From a virus (taxonomy: Duplodnaviria; Caudoviricetes), in IMG/VR virus record IMGVR_UViG_3300032116_000002: a DNA stretch of 64,000 bases; one strand, 5' to 3'. Below are positions 20,220 through 30,799 of this stretch, one piece after another. The translations under genes were made by a program, and so were the position numbers. Position 1 is the stretch's first letter, and every line of letters starts with the position of its first letter. The notes under the pieces were generated by a model. That model made no database searches. It saw only the letters and a program-made list of their open reading frames with translations, and was not told the DNA's origin.

Positions 20220-20760
20220 CAAAGTAACAGGTAAAGTATTAAGTAGAAGTGAAGCAGAAGCAAAGATTAAGGATAAAGCAGGATGGGTAATTACTGTTAT
20301 AGCATTATTGCTAGCAGTAAACACATATCTTGCTAATGGATATAGTAGCAAAGTACTGAGCAACACTATTGCAGCAAATAATGTATGGGCTTTCTATCAA
20401 GCTAAATCTATTAAACAAACATTAGCAGAACAAAGTTTAGATGATGCGATTGTTCGTGGCGATAAAGCAAAAGCAGAAAAACTTAAAGCAAAAATCGAAC
20501 GCTATGAATCTGAGCCTGAAAAGGGCGAAGGTAAAAAAGAGTTAATGGCAAAAGCACTAAAGCATGAAGCAGATCGTGACTTAGCAAAGAAGCATGGTCC
20601 ATGGATGACATTTGCAGGTACAAGCTACCAACTAGCAATTGTTTTATTATCAGCTAGTATTTTAGCAGTAAGTATGAGTATGTTTTATGCTAGTATCGGC
20701 GTAAGCTTATTTGGTTTCTTATTAATGAGCCAAGGTATTTGGATGTGGATGCCTTTTTAA
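20203..20760 (+). CDS. DUF4337-like membrane protein
   Basis: N- and C-terminal TMs, NVWAFYQAKSIK motif. Confidence 0.7.
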   Translation: MKQMIDKVTGKVLSRSEAEAKIKDKAGWVITVIALLLAVNTYLANGYSSKVLSNTIAANNVWAFYQAKSIKQTLAEQSLDDAIVRGDKAKAEKLKAKIERYESEPEKGEGKKELMAKALKHEADRDLAKKHGPWMTFAGTSYQLAIVLLSASILAVSMSMFYASIGVSLFGFLLMSQGIWMWMPF

Positions 20761-20771
20761 TAATATAATAT

Positions 20772-23700
20772 ATGGTTTTTAGAATCACAGGTGGTATAAC
20801 AATAGATGGTGGTCTGTCAAGTTCCGGTAGAGAACCTGATCCACCAACTAATGTAACAGCTACTAAAGTAAATGAAACAACAGCTAGAATAACAGTAACA
20901 GACCCTGTTAACCAAGGTGGACTACCTATAACAACCTATACAGCGTCAACATATATAGTTACTCAACTAGGTGGTACAGGAGAAGCAACATACTCTACGC
21001 CAGGCACTTACATTTGGACTGCACCAGCAGGAGTAACAAGTGTATGTGTGGTTTGTATTGGTGGCGGTGGTGGTGGCGGTGTAGGTGGCATCCCGTATAA
21101 CGGTTATAACAGTGGGGGTGGTGGCGGTGGTGGACTGGCATATCTTAATAATTATCCAGTAACTTCAGGCTCCACTTATACGGTTGTTGTAGGTGCAGGT
21201 GGGACACGTGGTCTAGCTCCAAATGCAGGTCAACCTGATTCAAATCCACCTACAGTAGGCGGTGATAGTTATTTTGTAAGCAGAAGCGTTTGCATGGGCG
21301 GTGGCGGTAATATAAGAACAGGTGGGTACGACGGAGGCTTAGGTGGAACTTATACTGTAACTACATCTACCGGCTCATATGGAGGTGGCAACGGAGGAAA
21401 AGGCGGAGACTGCGTTAGTAGAGGTTCTGGTGGTGGCGGTGGTGCTGGCGGCTACGAAGGTTCAGGTGGTAACGGCGGTGCATCAAACAATGGAAATGGC
21501 ACCAATGGTTCTTCAGGCGGCGGTGGCGGTGGTGCCGGCAACGGATATTATACTATTGAATCAGAAACTGGCGGGGCCGGAGGTGGTGGAGGAACTGGTG
21601 TACTAGGCAGAGGTGTCGATGGTGCCGGAGCAATATCTATCCCAACTACTGTCTTTAGCACCTACAATCAACCCGGTGGCGGTGGTGGATCAGGCGGTAG
21701 TAGTGGTGGAATAGGCCTCAATCAAGGTGCTGGTGGTGCCGGCGGTTCATATGGTGGTGGTGGTGGCGGTGGTGAGTGGTTTTCCGGCGGTTTAGGTGGT
21801 AATGGTGGCGGTGGCGCAGTAAGAATTATTTGGGGAATCAACGCATCATTTCCAATCAATGCTGGATTAAGTGCAAGTTATGATTTAGTATCTAGCACAA
21901 CATCAAACAGTAATACAATTAACGCTGTTAATAACTATGGCGGCGGTGATGGACCGGTAGAATACATATTCGATGGAGTGACCTTTTACGAAATTCCATA
22001 TAATGCTGCATTTGAACTATCTGATAGTTCCTGGACAATGGAGGCTTTTGTAACTCCAACCACTACTAATGTAGTTAGAGGCATTGTAAATAACTGGAAT
22101 ACAGGCGGTGCATTTGAGTGGTATATAAACGCAAGTAATACTTTAACTTTTAAATACACTTATAATATCAGTGGTGTTTTTGACTACACCTATACTGGAT
22201 CTACAGTAATTCAACCTAATGTAAGAACACATGTTGTCGTACAAAAACAAGGTGCAAATCTTGTTTTCTTTATAAACGGTGTAGCTGATCCTGTGACATT
22301 TGCTGGTAGTTTTAGTAATAGATTTGTAGTTTTTTATAACAATGAAAAGAAGCCATTAAGATATGGTATAGGCAGTGATGGTACAGGGTACTTTACAGGT
22401 AAAATGTCTAATCTACGTATATCAAAAAAGAGTTTCTTATACGGTAGTGGAACAAATTCAAGTTTCCCAGTTCCCTCACTACCATTAGAAATAACTCAAA
22501 GTGTAGTTTCTAGTGGCGGAAGAGATGTAATAGCAAGTTTAGTACCATCAGACGTTTTATTATTAGTGTTATCAGATCCAAAACCAGGTAAAGATAAATC
22601 AAATTATGATTGGTCATCTGCATTAAACGGTACTATAGGGATTACAGGAAAAGTAGAATATGCTTTCAAAGTAACAGCAACTAATGCAGCAGGAACTAGT
22701 CTACTAAGTGAACGCAGTGATATAATAAGATATTTAGGACCTAATGCACCAACTATAGGTTCAGCAACAAGAGTAGGAAACACAAGTGCTTCCGTTACGT
22801 TCACTGCCCCCGCAGATAGCGGTGATGGTCCTGTACTAGATTATATTGTTGTAAGTAGTCCAGGTGGTTTTAATGCCACGGGAGCAAGTAGTCCTATTAC
22901 TGTTTCAGGTCTTGTAAAGGGAACAAGTTATACGTTTACTGCATCAGCACGAAATAAATTTGCAACAGGTACAGCCAGTGCCGCAAGCAATAGTGTAACT
23001 GCTATAGGTATTCCTGACGCTCCTACTATAGGTACAGCAACGATTACTGGATCAACTACAGCAAGTTTATCGTTTACTGCACCAGCTAATACAGGTGGAT
23101 TGCCCATAACAAGTTATACAGTCACAAGTAGTCCCGGAGGAATAACAGCTACAGGATCAAGTAGTCCTATTTCTATAACTGGATTAACGATTGGTCAAAC
23201 TTATACATTTACTGTTACTGCAACAAACAGTCTTGGTACAAGTACTGCAAGTTCAGCAAGTAATAGTATTTCGTTAGTTGTTCCTAATGCACCTACAATA
23301 GGTGTAGCTACTATGACAGGAAAAACTACTGCTACTGTGGTATTTACTGCACCTACAGACAACGGTGGACCTGCGGTTACAGGTTACACAGTAGTAACCA
23401 CTCCTGATAATATTACTGTTAGTGGCACAAGTAGTCCTATCAACATAACAGGATTGACTTTTGGTACAATCTACACATTAAAAGTATACGCAACTAATTT
23501 AATAGGCAATGGTACATTGAGTAGTGCAAGCAATCAAATTGTGTACACAGGCCCAGGTCAAACCTTGTTTACTGGATACAGTACATGGGTAGTACCTGTA
23601 GGTGTAACGTCTATTAGTGTTGTAGCGATTGGCGGTGGAGGCAGTGGCGCAAGTGCTACCACCACTCAAGCTGGCGGTGGTGGAGGGGGCGGTGGTTTAG

Positions 23701-25271
23701 CATATAAAAATAACATCAGTGTTATTCCCGGAGAAACTTTAACTATGGACGTAGGTTCAGGTGGTGTGCAAGGTACGAACGGTAGTTACACTCAAGTAAT
23801 TAGAGACAATTTAGGTCCTAATCAAGTAATATTATTAAGAGCGACTGGTGGCCGAGGAGGAATCACCAACGGCGCAGGTGGAGCCGGCGGCACCCGTGAT
23901 GTCAATTACCCTGGAGATGGTGGTGGTACAGGCGGTGCGGGCGCCGCTGCTACACTACCTAGTTCTACTGTTGCAAGTGGTGGCGGTGGCGGTGGTGGCG
24001 CTGGATATGCTGGCAATGGCGGCAGTGGTGGACGAGATAGAACTAATGGCAATCCTGGAAATGGCGGTGGTGGTGGCGGAGGAGGAGGCGGTAATGGCTC
24101 CGGAAGTTCCGGCGGCGGTGGAGGTGGTGTAGGTCCATGGGGTCAAGGCACTAATGGAACAGGTGGAGGTGCCCAGCAAGGTGGAGGCGGTGGTGGATCT
24201 GGTGGACAGAATGGTAGTTTTAATTTATCAGAAAATGGCGGATGGTACGGTGGAGGCGGGGGTGGCTCAAGACTTGCAACTTCAGGTACACGTTTTGGGG
24301 GCAACGGCGGTAGTGGGGCTATTAGAGTTATATGGGCTGGCGGATCAGGATTAACAAGGCAATTTCCAACTACAAATACAGATGATATTATAGAAGCAGA
24401 CTACTTGGTAATAGCAGGAGGTGGTGGCGGGGGTGCTGGTGGTGCAAGTTATACACAACCTTCAGGTGGTGGCGGCGCAGGGGGATTCGTTACTGCATAC
24501 GATGTTATATTAACTGGAAGAATTACTTATACTATTACTGTTGGTGCGGGAGGGGCAGGTGGATATTCATCAGGAACCTCAGGATCAATTCTTACTGCTG
24601 CTACGAACGGCGGTGGGTCATCAATATCAGGTACTGGATTGACTACTATATCTGCTACAGGCGGAGGGCGTGGTGCGTCTTCAAATCAATTTGAAGCACT
24701 CTTAGGTGGTTCTGGAGGCGGCGGTGGTGCAAGTGGTACTTCAACTGTAAATGGGGCTGCAGGTACTGCAGGGCAAGGTAATAACGGTGGAAATGCTTTC
24801 GGTAGTAGTACTGCACCGTTAGGTGGCGGTGGCGGTGGTGCTGGCGCAGCTGGTCAATCAGGAAACGCAGGTGGAAGTGGTCGTGCTGGAAATGGTGGTA
24901 TTGGTTTACCAAATCCATTTACTGGAGAATATCTAGCTGGTGGAGGTGGCGGATCAGGAACGGATAATATTTATGGATTGAGTGGTGCTGGTGGATATGG
25001 TGGAGGTGGTGCTGGATATACCGGCAACTACAACGTTGGATCAACAGCCACTCCAGGAACTACCGGTACTGGTGGAGGTGGAGGTGGCCTACATCAAGGA
25101 GGCGGAAACCAATATATAACAAACAATGCAGGCAATGGAGGTTCAGGAGTTGTAATATTGAGGTTCGCCGCTGCTATTACACCCACTACTGTAACAGGTA
25201 GTCCTACTATTACAACTGTAGGGAATTACAAAATTTATCGTTGGACCAACAATGGTACAATAGTTTTTTAA
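20772..25271 (+). CDS. large virion/tail protein: three Gly-rich domains, LamG-like domain, FN3 repeats
   Basis: GGGGGG tracts, WTMEAFV..MSNLRISK LamG-like, PxAPTIG..YTFTVTATN FN3 units. Confidence 0.85.
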   Translation: MVFRITGGITIDGGLSSSGREPDPPTNVTATKVNETTARITVTDPVNQGGLPITTYTASTYIVTQLGGTGEATYSTPGTYIWTAPAGVTSVCVVCIGGGGGGGVGGIPYNGYNSGGGGGGGLAYLNNYPVTSGSTYTVVVGAGGTRGLAPNAGQPDSNPPTVGGDSYFVSRSVCMGGGGNIRTGGYDGGLGGTYTVTTSTGSYGGGNGGKGGDCVSRGSGGGGGAGGYEGSGGNGGASNNGNGTNGSSGGGGGGAGNGYYTIESETGGAGGGGGTGVLGRGVDGAGAISIPTTVFSTYNQPGGGGGSGGSSGGIGLNQGAGGAGGSYGGGGGGGEWFSGGLGGNGGGGAVRIIWGINASFPINAGLSASYDLVSSTTSNSNTINAVNNYGGGDGPVEYIFDGVTFYEIPYNAAFELSDSSWTMEAFVTPTTTNVVRGIVNNWNTGGAFEWYINASNTLTFKYTYNISGVFDYTYTGSTVIQPNVRTHVVVQKQGANLVFFINGVADPVTFAGSFSNRFVVFYNNEKKPLRYGIGSDGTGYFTGKMSNLRISKKSFLYGSGTNSSFPVPSLPLEITQSVVSSGGRDVIASLVPSDVLLLVLSDPKPGKDKSNYDWSSALNGTIGITGKVEYAFKVTATNAAGTSLLSERSDIIRYLGPNAPTIGSATRVGNTSASVTFTAPADSGDGPVLDYIVVSSPGGFNATGASSPITVSGLVKGTSYTFTASARNKFATGTASAASNSVTAIGIPDAPTIGTATITGSTTASLSFTAPANTGGLPITSYTVTSSPGGITATGSSSPISITGLTIGQTYTFTVTATNSLGTSTASSASNSISLVVPNAPTIGVATMTGKTTATVVFTAPTDNGGPAVTGYTVVTTPDNITVSGTSSPINITGLTFGTIYTLKVYATNLIGNGTLSSASNQIVYTGPGQTLFTGYSTWVVPVGVTSISVVAIGGGGSGASATTTQAGGGGGGGGLAYKNNISVIPGETLTMDVGSGGVQGTNGSYTQVIRDNLGPNQVILLRATGGRGGITNGAGGAGGTRDVNYPGDGGGTGGAGAAATLPSSTVASGGGGGGGAGYAGNGGSGGRDRTNGNPGNGGGGGGGGGGNGSGSSGGGGGGVGPWGQGTNGTGGGAQQGGGGGGSGGQNGSFNLSENGGWYGGGGGGSRLATSGTRFGGNGGSGAIRVIWAGGSGLTRQFPTTNTDDIIEADYLVIAGGGGGGAGGASYTQPSGGGGAGGFVTAYDVILTGRITYTITVGAGGAGGYSSGTSGSILTAATNGGGSSISGTGLTTISATGGGRGASSNQFEALLGGSGGGGGASGTSTVNGAAGTAGQGNNGGNAFGSSTAPLGGGGGGAGAAGQSGNAGGSGRAGNGGIGLPNPFTGEYLAGGGGGSGTDNIYGLSGAGGYGGGGAGYTGNYNVGSTATPGTTGTGGGGGGLHQGGGNQYITNNAGNGGSGVVILRFAAAITPTTVTGSPTITTVGNYKIYRWTNNGTIVF

Positions 25272-25327
25272 AATAAAAGTAGTATAAAATAATAATAAGA
25301 TCCTTAACATAAAGGGGACGTAGCAAG

Positions 25328-26107
25328 ATGGATCCATTAACGCTATTTGCGTTAGCTAATGGTGCGGTTAAACTTGTAAAGGAAGGATGTAAACTTTACA
25401 AGGACATTAAAGGGGCGGCTGGGGATGTTAAAGATGTCCTCAAAGACCTTGACGACCAATTTCATAACAAATTCAAAGACCGCGCTCCCACGGTAGCAGA
25501 AAAAAATCAATTCATACAAGAAAAAAATCGTATCATTGAACTGAATAAACAGTCAGGTGATACTACCAATATATACACAGAAATAGGCCAGCAATTAGGC
25601 GCATACTTTGACAACTACTATAAGTGTAAGGCAATATTTGAAGAAGAAGAACGCCGTAGTAAGACTGAAGTTTATCACGGAGAAGATAGCTTAGGTAAAC
25701 GTGCATTACAACGTGTGCTTCTTAAAAAACAGCTTCAGCACATGGGCGAAGAACTGCGTGAAATCATGGTGTACAACAGTCCACCAGAACTAGGTGCTTT
25801 ATGGACTGAAGTAAACGACATGATGGAAAAAGTCGGCAAGGAGCAAGCAGGTGCTATTGCCATAGAAATGCAACGCAACAGAGAATTGGCTAAGCAGAGA
25901 GCCAGACGCAATAAAAGAATAAAGTACAGAATATTGTGTTGGAGTTCAAGTAGTATCGCTGTTCTTTATATATGTTGGTTAATGTGGGCGGTAGTGCAGG
26001 TGCGCATTGACAAACACCCTGAATTAGGCGTTTGTTTGTTACCCAAAGGTACTGCCATATATAAATGGTACAATAATTTAAAATGGATAGATTGCGAACC
26101 TAAATAA
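25328..26107 (+). CDS. hypothetical coiled-coil protein with C-terminal TM
   Basis: 259 aa ORF. Confidence 0.7.
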   Translation: MDPLTLFALANGAVKLVKEGCKLYKDIKGAAGDVKDVLKDLDDQFHNKFKDRAPTVAEKNQFIQEKNRIIELNKQSGDTTNIYTEIGQQLGAYFDNYYKCKAIFEEEERRSKTEVYHGEDSLGKRALQRVLLKKQLQHMGEELREIMVYNSPPELGALWTEVNDMMEKVGKEQAGAIAIEMQRNRELAKQRARRNKRIKYRILCWSSSSIAVLYICWLMWAVVQVRIDKHPELGVCLLPKGTAIYKWYNNLKWIDCEPK

Positions 26108-26124
26108 TTCAGCTAAATATTTAT

Positions 26125-26724
26125 ATGAAAATCTTTGAAGTTACAGAACCACAGCGTAGAATGCCCACTCTATATTTGGATATGGATGGCGTACAGGCAG
26201 ACTTTTTTACTCAATGGGCCAATTGGTGGGGCAGAAAGACAGGCAACCCTGATGTTAAATGGTATAAGGACATAGGGGACAAGGCACAGAGAGAAATTTC
26301 AATTGAAACTATGCAAAAAGAAGGCCCTAACTTTGTATACGAATTTTTTGCTACACTTCCTGTATTATCGGGTGCTAGTGAATTATTGTCATATATAAGA
26401 CAAAATAATTTACCCTGCACTATACTATCTGCCCCATTAAGATCACCTAAAGAAGATAAGAGTAAAGCAATTACACAAGCTAGTATTGAGGGTAAAAAGT
26501 ATTGGCTCGCTCAACACGGCGTAGATTTTCCAGCTATATTTGACGGACAAAAAGACAGATATGCTAAAAAAGGTGGTGACCCTAACGTACTAGTTGACGA
26601 TCATAAGAAGTACATTTCAGCCTGGGACGCAGCTGGTGGCATAGGTATATTGCATCGTTGGAATAATGTTGATAATACAATACAAGCATTAAACCAAGTA
26701 TACAGTCAATTTTTAGCTAAATAA
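26125..26724 (+). CDS. HAD-family 5'(3')-deoxyribonucleotidase-like protein
   Basis: LYLDMDGV motif I, LVDDH motif IV. Confidence 0.8.
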   Translation: MKIFEVTEPQRRMPTLYLDMDGVQADFFTQWANWWGRKTGNPDVKWYKDIGDKAQREISIETMQKEGPNFVYEFFATLPVLSGASELLSYIRQNNLPCTILSAPLRSPKEDKSKAITQASIEGKKYWLAQHGVDFPAIFDGQKDRYAKKGGDPNVLVDDHKKYISAWDAAGGIGILHRWNNVDNTIQALNQVYSQFLAK

Positions 26725-26744
26725 TATATTATTAAAGGCATATT

Positions 26745-27704
26745 ATGGACCGCGAATTTTTCAGAAAATATCTAGATATTATAAGTGAATCTAGCCCACC
26801 TCCTTCTGTGATGGAAGAAATTATTGACATTAACGATAGCTTTGACATAGAGTTAAATGAACACTTTGTGATAGAAACAGGTGTTGTTGGCTTCACAGAA
26901 GATGGTATCGTCATTGAAGCAGATGAAACTATATTAGGATTATTAGAAGTAAACGATATTCTAACAGAAGATATAGGATTAGAAGAAACTAAGCCGGGTC
27001 TATGGGCTAACATACATGCTAAACGTGAGCGTATCAAACAAGGTTCAGGCGAGAAAATGCGTAAGCCTGGTAGTAAAGGTGCACCATCTGCACAAAACTT
27101 TAGGGATGCTGCTAAAGAAGGTGCAGGTGAGTACATGGACACTAAGCCATATACTCCTAACACTAAATCAAGTCCACCTAAAATGGATACAAAGCCAGCA
27201 GAAGAAAAACCATTGCAAGGTAATCCAAAAGATTATATTACCAAAGAAGATCAAGGCATTAGTCAACGTGTAAGAAATGATGCGTTTGCAGAGTTAGACA
27301 AAATTAGAAGCGGTGGTACATCTGATTTAGAACAACAGGCTGATACTTTTAGACAAAAGGCTCAGGCTGGTCAAGCAGGTAAGTCTACTAAGTGGAGTGA
27401 AATGTCTCCAGCACAACAAGAAGAATTACGTAGACAAGGTTTTGGTCCTCAAAAAACTACTAATGAAGCAGAATATCAAGGTCGTGAAGTTCCATTAGGT
27501 AAGCCAATGGCAGGTGATGTTAAGAAATCAAAAGTCTATGTTCGCAAACCAAACGGTAAGGTCGTTAAAGTAAACTTCGGTGATAAGAACATGACAATTA
27601 AAAAGTCTAATCCCGCACGCCGTAAAAGTTTCAGAGCAAGACACAATTGCGAGAATCCAGGACCACGTTGGAAGGCAAGATACTGGTCTTGCAGAGCCTG
27701 GTAA
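26745..27704 (+). CDS. multi-domain late protein (probable capsid-internal)
   Basis: GCTAAATA upstream; LWANIHAKR and KVNFG..ARYWSCRAW segments typical of T4-like phage proteins. Confidence 0.75.
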   Translation: MDREFFRKYLDIISESSPPPSVMEEIIDINDSFDIELNEHFVIETGVVGFTEDGIVIEADETILGLLEVNDILTEDIGLEETKPGLWANIHAKRERIKQGSGEKMRKPGSKGAPSAQNFRDAAKEGAGEYMDTKPYTPNTKSSPPKMDTKPAEEKPLQGNPKDYITKEDQGISQRVRNDAFAELDKIRSGGTSDLEQQADTFRQKAQAGQAGKSTKWSEMSPAQQEELRRQGFGPQKTTNEAEYQGREVPLGKPMAGDVKKSKVYVRKPNGKVVKVNFGDKNMTIKKSNPARRKSFRARHNCENPGPRWKARYWSCRAW

Positions 27705-27717
27705 ATAGGAAAATATA

Positions 27718-29016
27718 ATGAGTGATTCAAAATTTTTTAGACAATATTTAGATATATTAAATGAAGGCCCGCCCGCAGGTGTTGGTCCTAACGCACCAGT
27801 TAGACCTGTTGCACCTCAACAACCTGGGCAGCCCGATACCTTTACTAAAATGTTGCCTGGCATGGGTAACAAAGCTATAAATGCAGGAAAAGGACTAGTA
27901 GATCCCTATGCAAAAACTATGGCTAACTTCACACCAGGATCACCATATTATCAGCAGAATGTAGCCAATAATCCTGCAGTTAAGGCCAAAGTAGATGCAT
28001 TTATGCAAACTGCTCCTACAGCCGGTCAGTTAGGTGCTAATATTGATGCAACACAACAATCATTTAATAAAGCTTTGACACAAAAACCAACTGTCGGTGG
28101 TACTAGTGCAGAGTACGAAAAAGCCGCAGTACAAACTGGATTGCCTGCAGTACCGGCACCCACAACAGAAGAAAGAGATGATGATACAGATGATGGCAAA
28201 TTAATGAGAAAGTATATGGACTTCTTAGACGAAGCTCCTATACAAGCTGTCAATCCTAATGATCCTAATGCTGCTGCGTTTGGTAAAAAAATTAATGCAC
28301 CAGCTCAAGCTACACCACAAGTTGCAGCTAATACAGGTCCTGCAACTGCTATAAATCCTAATGATAAAAATGCTGCTGCATTTGGTAAACAGATTAATGC
28401 TCCTGCAGCAAATACACAAACTGCAACTACAACTCAAACACCAACCGCACAACCAGCAGCACATGTCGTAGACCCAAATCGTAAATATGGCGGTGGCTAT
28501 GACCCTACCAAAGTGCAATATGCTTCTACAAGTAGTAACCCAACACAACCTAACCCAGCGCCAGTTAAACAAAACACTGCTACTTCAGCTAATATGGGTG
28601 GTTACGCTCAATCAGCACAACCTAACCCTACACCACCTGCCAAATTAGCAGGTGGAACTACTAGTCAACAAACCAATAATCAAAGTAGTGGATACACTGC
28701 ACAAAGTCAAGCACAAAACACTACGGCAGCGACTAATGCAGCAGCGCCAACATTTACGGGAATGGCAGGAAATACACAACCAACTACTGCACAATCTGGT
28801 TTAGCAGGTCAATATGTATCTGCTAATCAACCTCAAGCAGCTACCACAGCAGCTACTCAGCCAACATCAGATGTATTAGCTACTCAAGCATTGCAATCGC
28901 AAGATCAAGGAGTCGCAGGTACATCAAAGGGTATACCAGCTGCATTTGGTCAAGTAGCAGAAGATGATGAAGATGATGTTGATCTAAAGAGAATTAGAGA
29001 ACTGATTAGAAAATAA
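27718..29016 (+). CDS. low-complexity Ala/Gln/Thr/Pro-rich protein (probable capsid-internal)
   Basis: Internal duplication NPND.NAAAFGK.INAPA; YLDILNE N-terminus. Confidence 0.75.
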   Translation: MSDSKFFRQYLDILNEGPPAGVGPNAPVRPVAPQQPGQPDTFTKMLPGMGNKAINAGKGLVDPYAKTMANFTPGSPYYQQNVANNPAVKAKVDAFMQTAPTAGQLGANIDATQQSFNKALTQKPTVGGTSAEYEKAAVQTGLPAVPAPTTEERDDDTDDGKLMRKYMDFLDEAPIQAVNPNDPNAAAFGKKINAPAQATPQVAANTGPATAINPNDKNAAAFGKQINAPAANTQTATTTQTPTAQPAAHVVDPNRKYGGGYDPTKVQYASTSSNPTQPNPAPVKQNTATSANMGGYAQSAQPNPTPPAKLAGGTTSQQTNNQSSGYTAQSQAQNTTAATNAAAPTFTGMAGNTQPTTAQSGLAGQYVSANQPQAATTAATQPTSDVLATQALQSQDQGVAGTSKGIPAAFGQVAEDDEDDVDLKRIRELIRK

Positions 29017-29017
29017 C

Positions 29018-29983
29018 ATGCGAGCAAAAGAATTTATATTTGAAGCAGATAATAGAACGCCTAGAGAAAAATTTCTAGACCGTGTTATTGGTCCTGAAAG
29101 TGGCGGTAAGCTTGGTATACAAAATAAAAGAAGTGGTGCTCAGGGGTTATTTCAATTCATGCCGGACACTTGGAAAGGAGTAGTAAAAAAAGCTAAACCA
29201 GGTGATCCACATTACGGTATGAGTTTTGATCAAATGAGACATAACGAAAAAGCTCAAAGGTCTGCAGCCGATCAGATAGCAAGAGAATATCAAACAGCAA
29301 TCAAGCGACACGGTATGCCTGATACTCCTACAAGTTATTATTTGTTGCATGGTCATGGACCTAAAGGTGTAGAAATCTTTAAGAATCCTGATAAGCAACT
29401 CAAAGATATTTATCCTGAGTATGTAAGAAATAAAGAAGGAAAGATGGTTAAAAATATTGTATACAGACAAAATCCTAACTTTGATCCTAATCAAAGATTA
29501 AGGGACGTTGTCGCTAATACTGCTTCTAAAATGGGCGATAAAATTACTGATATGTATCCTACTACCAGTAAAACACAACTGGCTAAAAATGAGCCTCAAC
29601 CTGTCAAAGAACCATCTACAATCGATAAGGTAAAGAAAAAAATTACCGATATTGGAACTAACGTGTTAGGTACCGTAGTAGGAGCTAAAGACGCACGTGC
29701 AGGTGAATTGCCGGCAGACACTAAAGCTAAACTACAACAACCAATAGAACCTAAAATCACAACGCAACAAACAATAGAACCGAAACCTATTAGTCAACAG
29801 CAACCAGAACCTAAACCTACACTGCAACAACCACAAACATACAAAGGTGGAATCGATCTTGATTTATTAAAACCAGAACCAAAAACTTATGGCGCTGGAT
29901 ATGATCCTAGTAAAGTTCAATATGCGTATGTAGATGGTAAACCTAATCCTGCTATAAAAAATAAAAACGATTCGGGTAATTAA
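29018..29983 (+). CDS. lytic transglycosylase-like protein
   Basis: PESGG catalytic Glu, GAQGLFQFMPDTW SLT motif; Pro/Gln-rich tail. Confidence 0.8.
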   Translation: MRAKEFIFEADNRTPREKFLDRVIGPESGGKLGIQNKRSGAQGLFQFMPDTWKGVVKKAKPGDPHYGMSFDQMRHNEKAQRSAADQIAREYQTAIKRHGMPDTPTSYYLLHGHGPKGVEIFKNPDKQLKDIYPEYVRNKEGKMVKNIVYRQNPNFDPNQRLRDVVANTASKMGDKITDMYPTTSKTQLAKNEPQPVKEPSTIDKVKKKITDIGTNVLGTVVGAKDARAGELPADTKAKLQQPIEPKITTQQTIEPKPISQQQPEPKPTLQQPQTYKGGIDLDLLKPEPKTYGAGYDPSKVQYAYVDGKPNPAIKNKNDSGN

Positions 29984-30021
29984 ATGATTGACAACTCTTT
30001 ACGAATTTTGTAAAATCATAT

Positions 30022-30207
30022 ATGCCTAGAAAAAAGAAAAATCTACCCAACAAAACCTTTGAAGTAGTTACCAAACAAAATGTAAACGGTGATGTAATTT
30101 TGCCATTGCCTCCTGAGTTAATTAAAAAATTAAAATGGTCTGATGGTGACAATCTTGAATTTTGTGTGGGTAAAGATGGCAATTTTATTTTAAGGAAAAC
30201 TAGCTAA
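30022..30207 (+). CDS. AbrB/MazE-like DNA-binding protein
   Basis: VILPLPPELIKKLKWSDGDNL pattern. Confidence 0.7.
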   Translation: MPRKKKNLPNKTFEVVTKQNVNGDVILPLPPELIKKLKWSDGDNLEFCVGKDGNFILRKTS

Positions 30208-30737
30208 TGGACGATATGAGCAGGAGTCAAATACCAAGTTTAACAAGTTCAGATTTAAGCACCATCACATTATCTGATTTAGATACAATTACGATTGATA
30301 ACACTATAGATACTTTTGATCTATCAGGTTTAGAACCTATCACAATAAATTTAAGTAATGTAGGTAGTGGTGGGTCAGGATACGCTAACACTTATTCTGG
30401 TTCAGGTGGTGCTGGAATATATTCATCACCGACACTTACTGGCAGTTATACAGTTCCAAGCACAGTATGGGCTACAAATATAGCACAGCCTACTATGACA
30501 ACAAACAATGGTGTTACAACCATGACACAAGATGTTGAGATAAAAGGCAACTTAAAAGTTAACGGTAAAGACATAAATGGACTACTCGAAAGAATTGAAG
30601 AAAAACTAGCAATATATCAACCTGCACCTGAACTAGAAGAAAAATGGGAAGAACTTAGAGAGTTGTCAAGAAGATACAAAGAGTTGGTCGCCGACATTAG
30701 AGAAAAAGAAAAGATTTGGGACATACTCAAAAAATAA
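30207..30737 (+). CDS. hypothetical protein
   Basis: Ser/Thr-rich N-terminus, coiled-coil C-terminus. Confidence 0.7.
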   Translation: MDDMSRSQIPSLTSSDLSTITLSDLDTITIDNTIDTFDLSGLEPITINLSNVGSGGSGYANTYSGSGGAGIYSSPTLTGSYTVPSTVWATNIAQPTMTTNNGVTTMTQDVEIKGNLKVNGKDINGLLERIEEKLAIYQPAPELEEKWEELRELSRRYKELVADIREKEKIWDILKK

Positions 30738-30799
30738 TTGACAACAAATATGCTTTGTGATACTATAATAATACATTCAACTACCACAGTGTTATCATT

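Noticed and set aside
21379-24918. Alternative-frame and antisense ORFs in the Gly-rich gene
   Set aside because: Artefacts of GGN codon repeats
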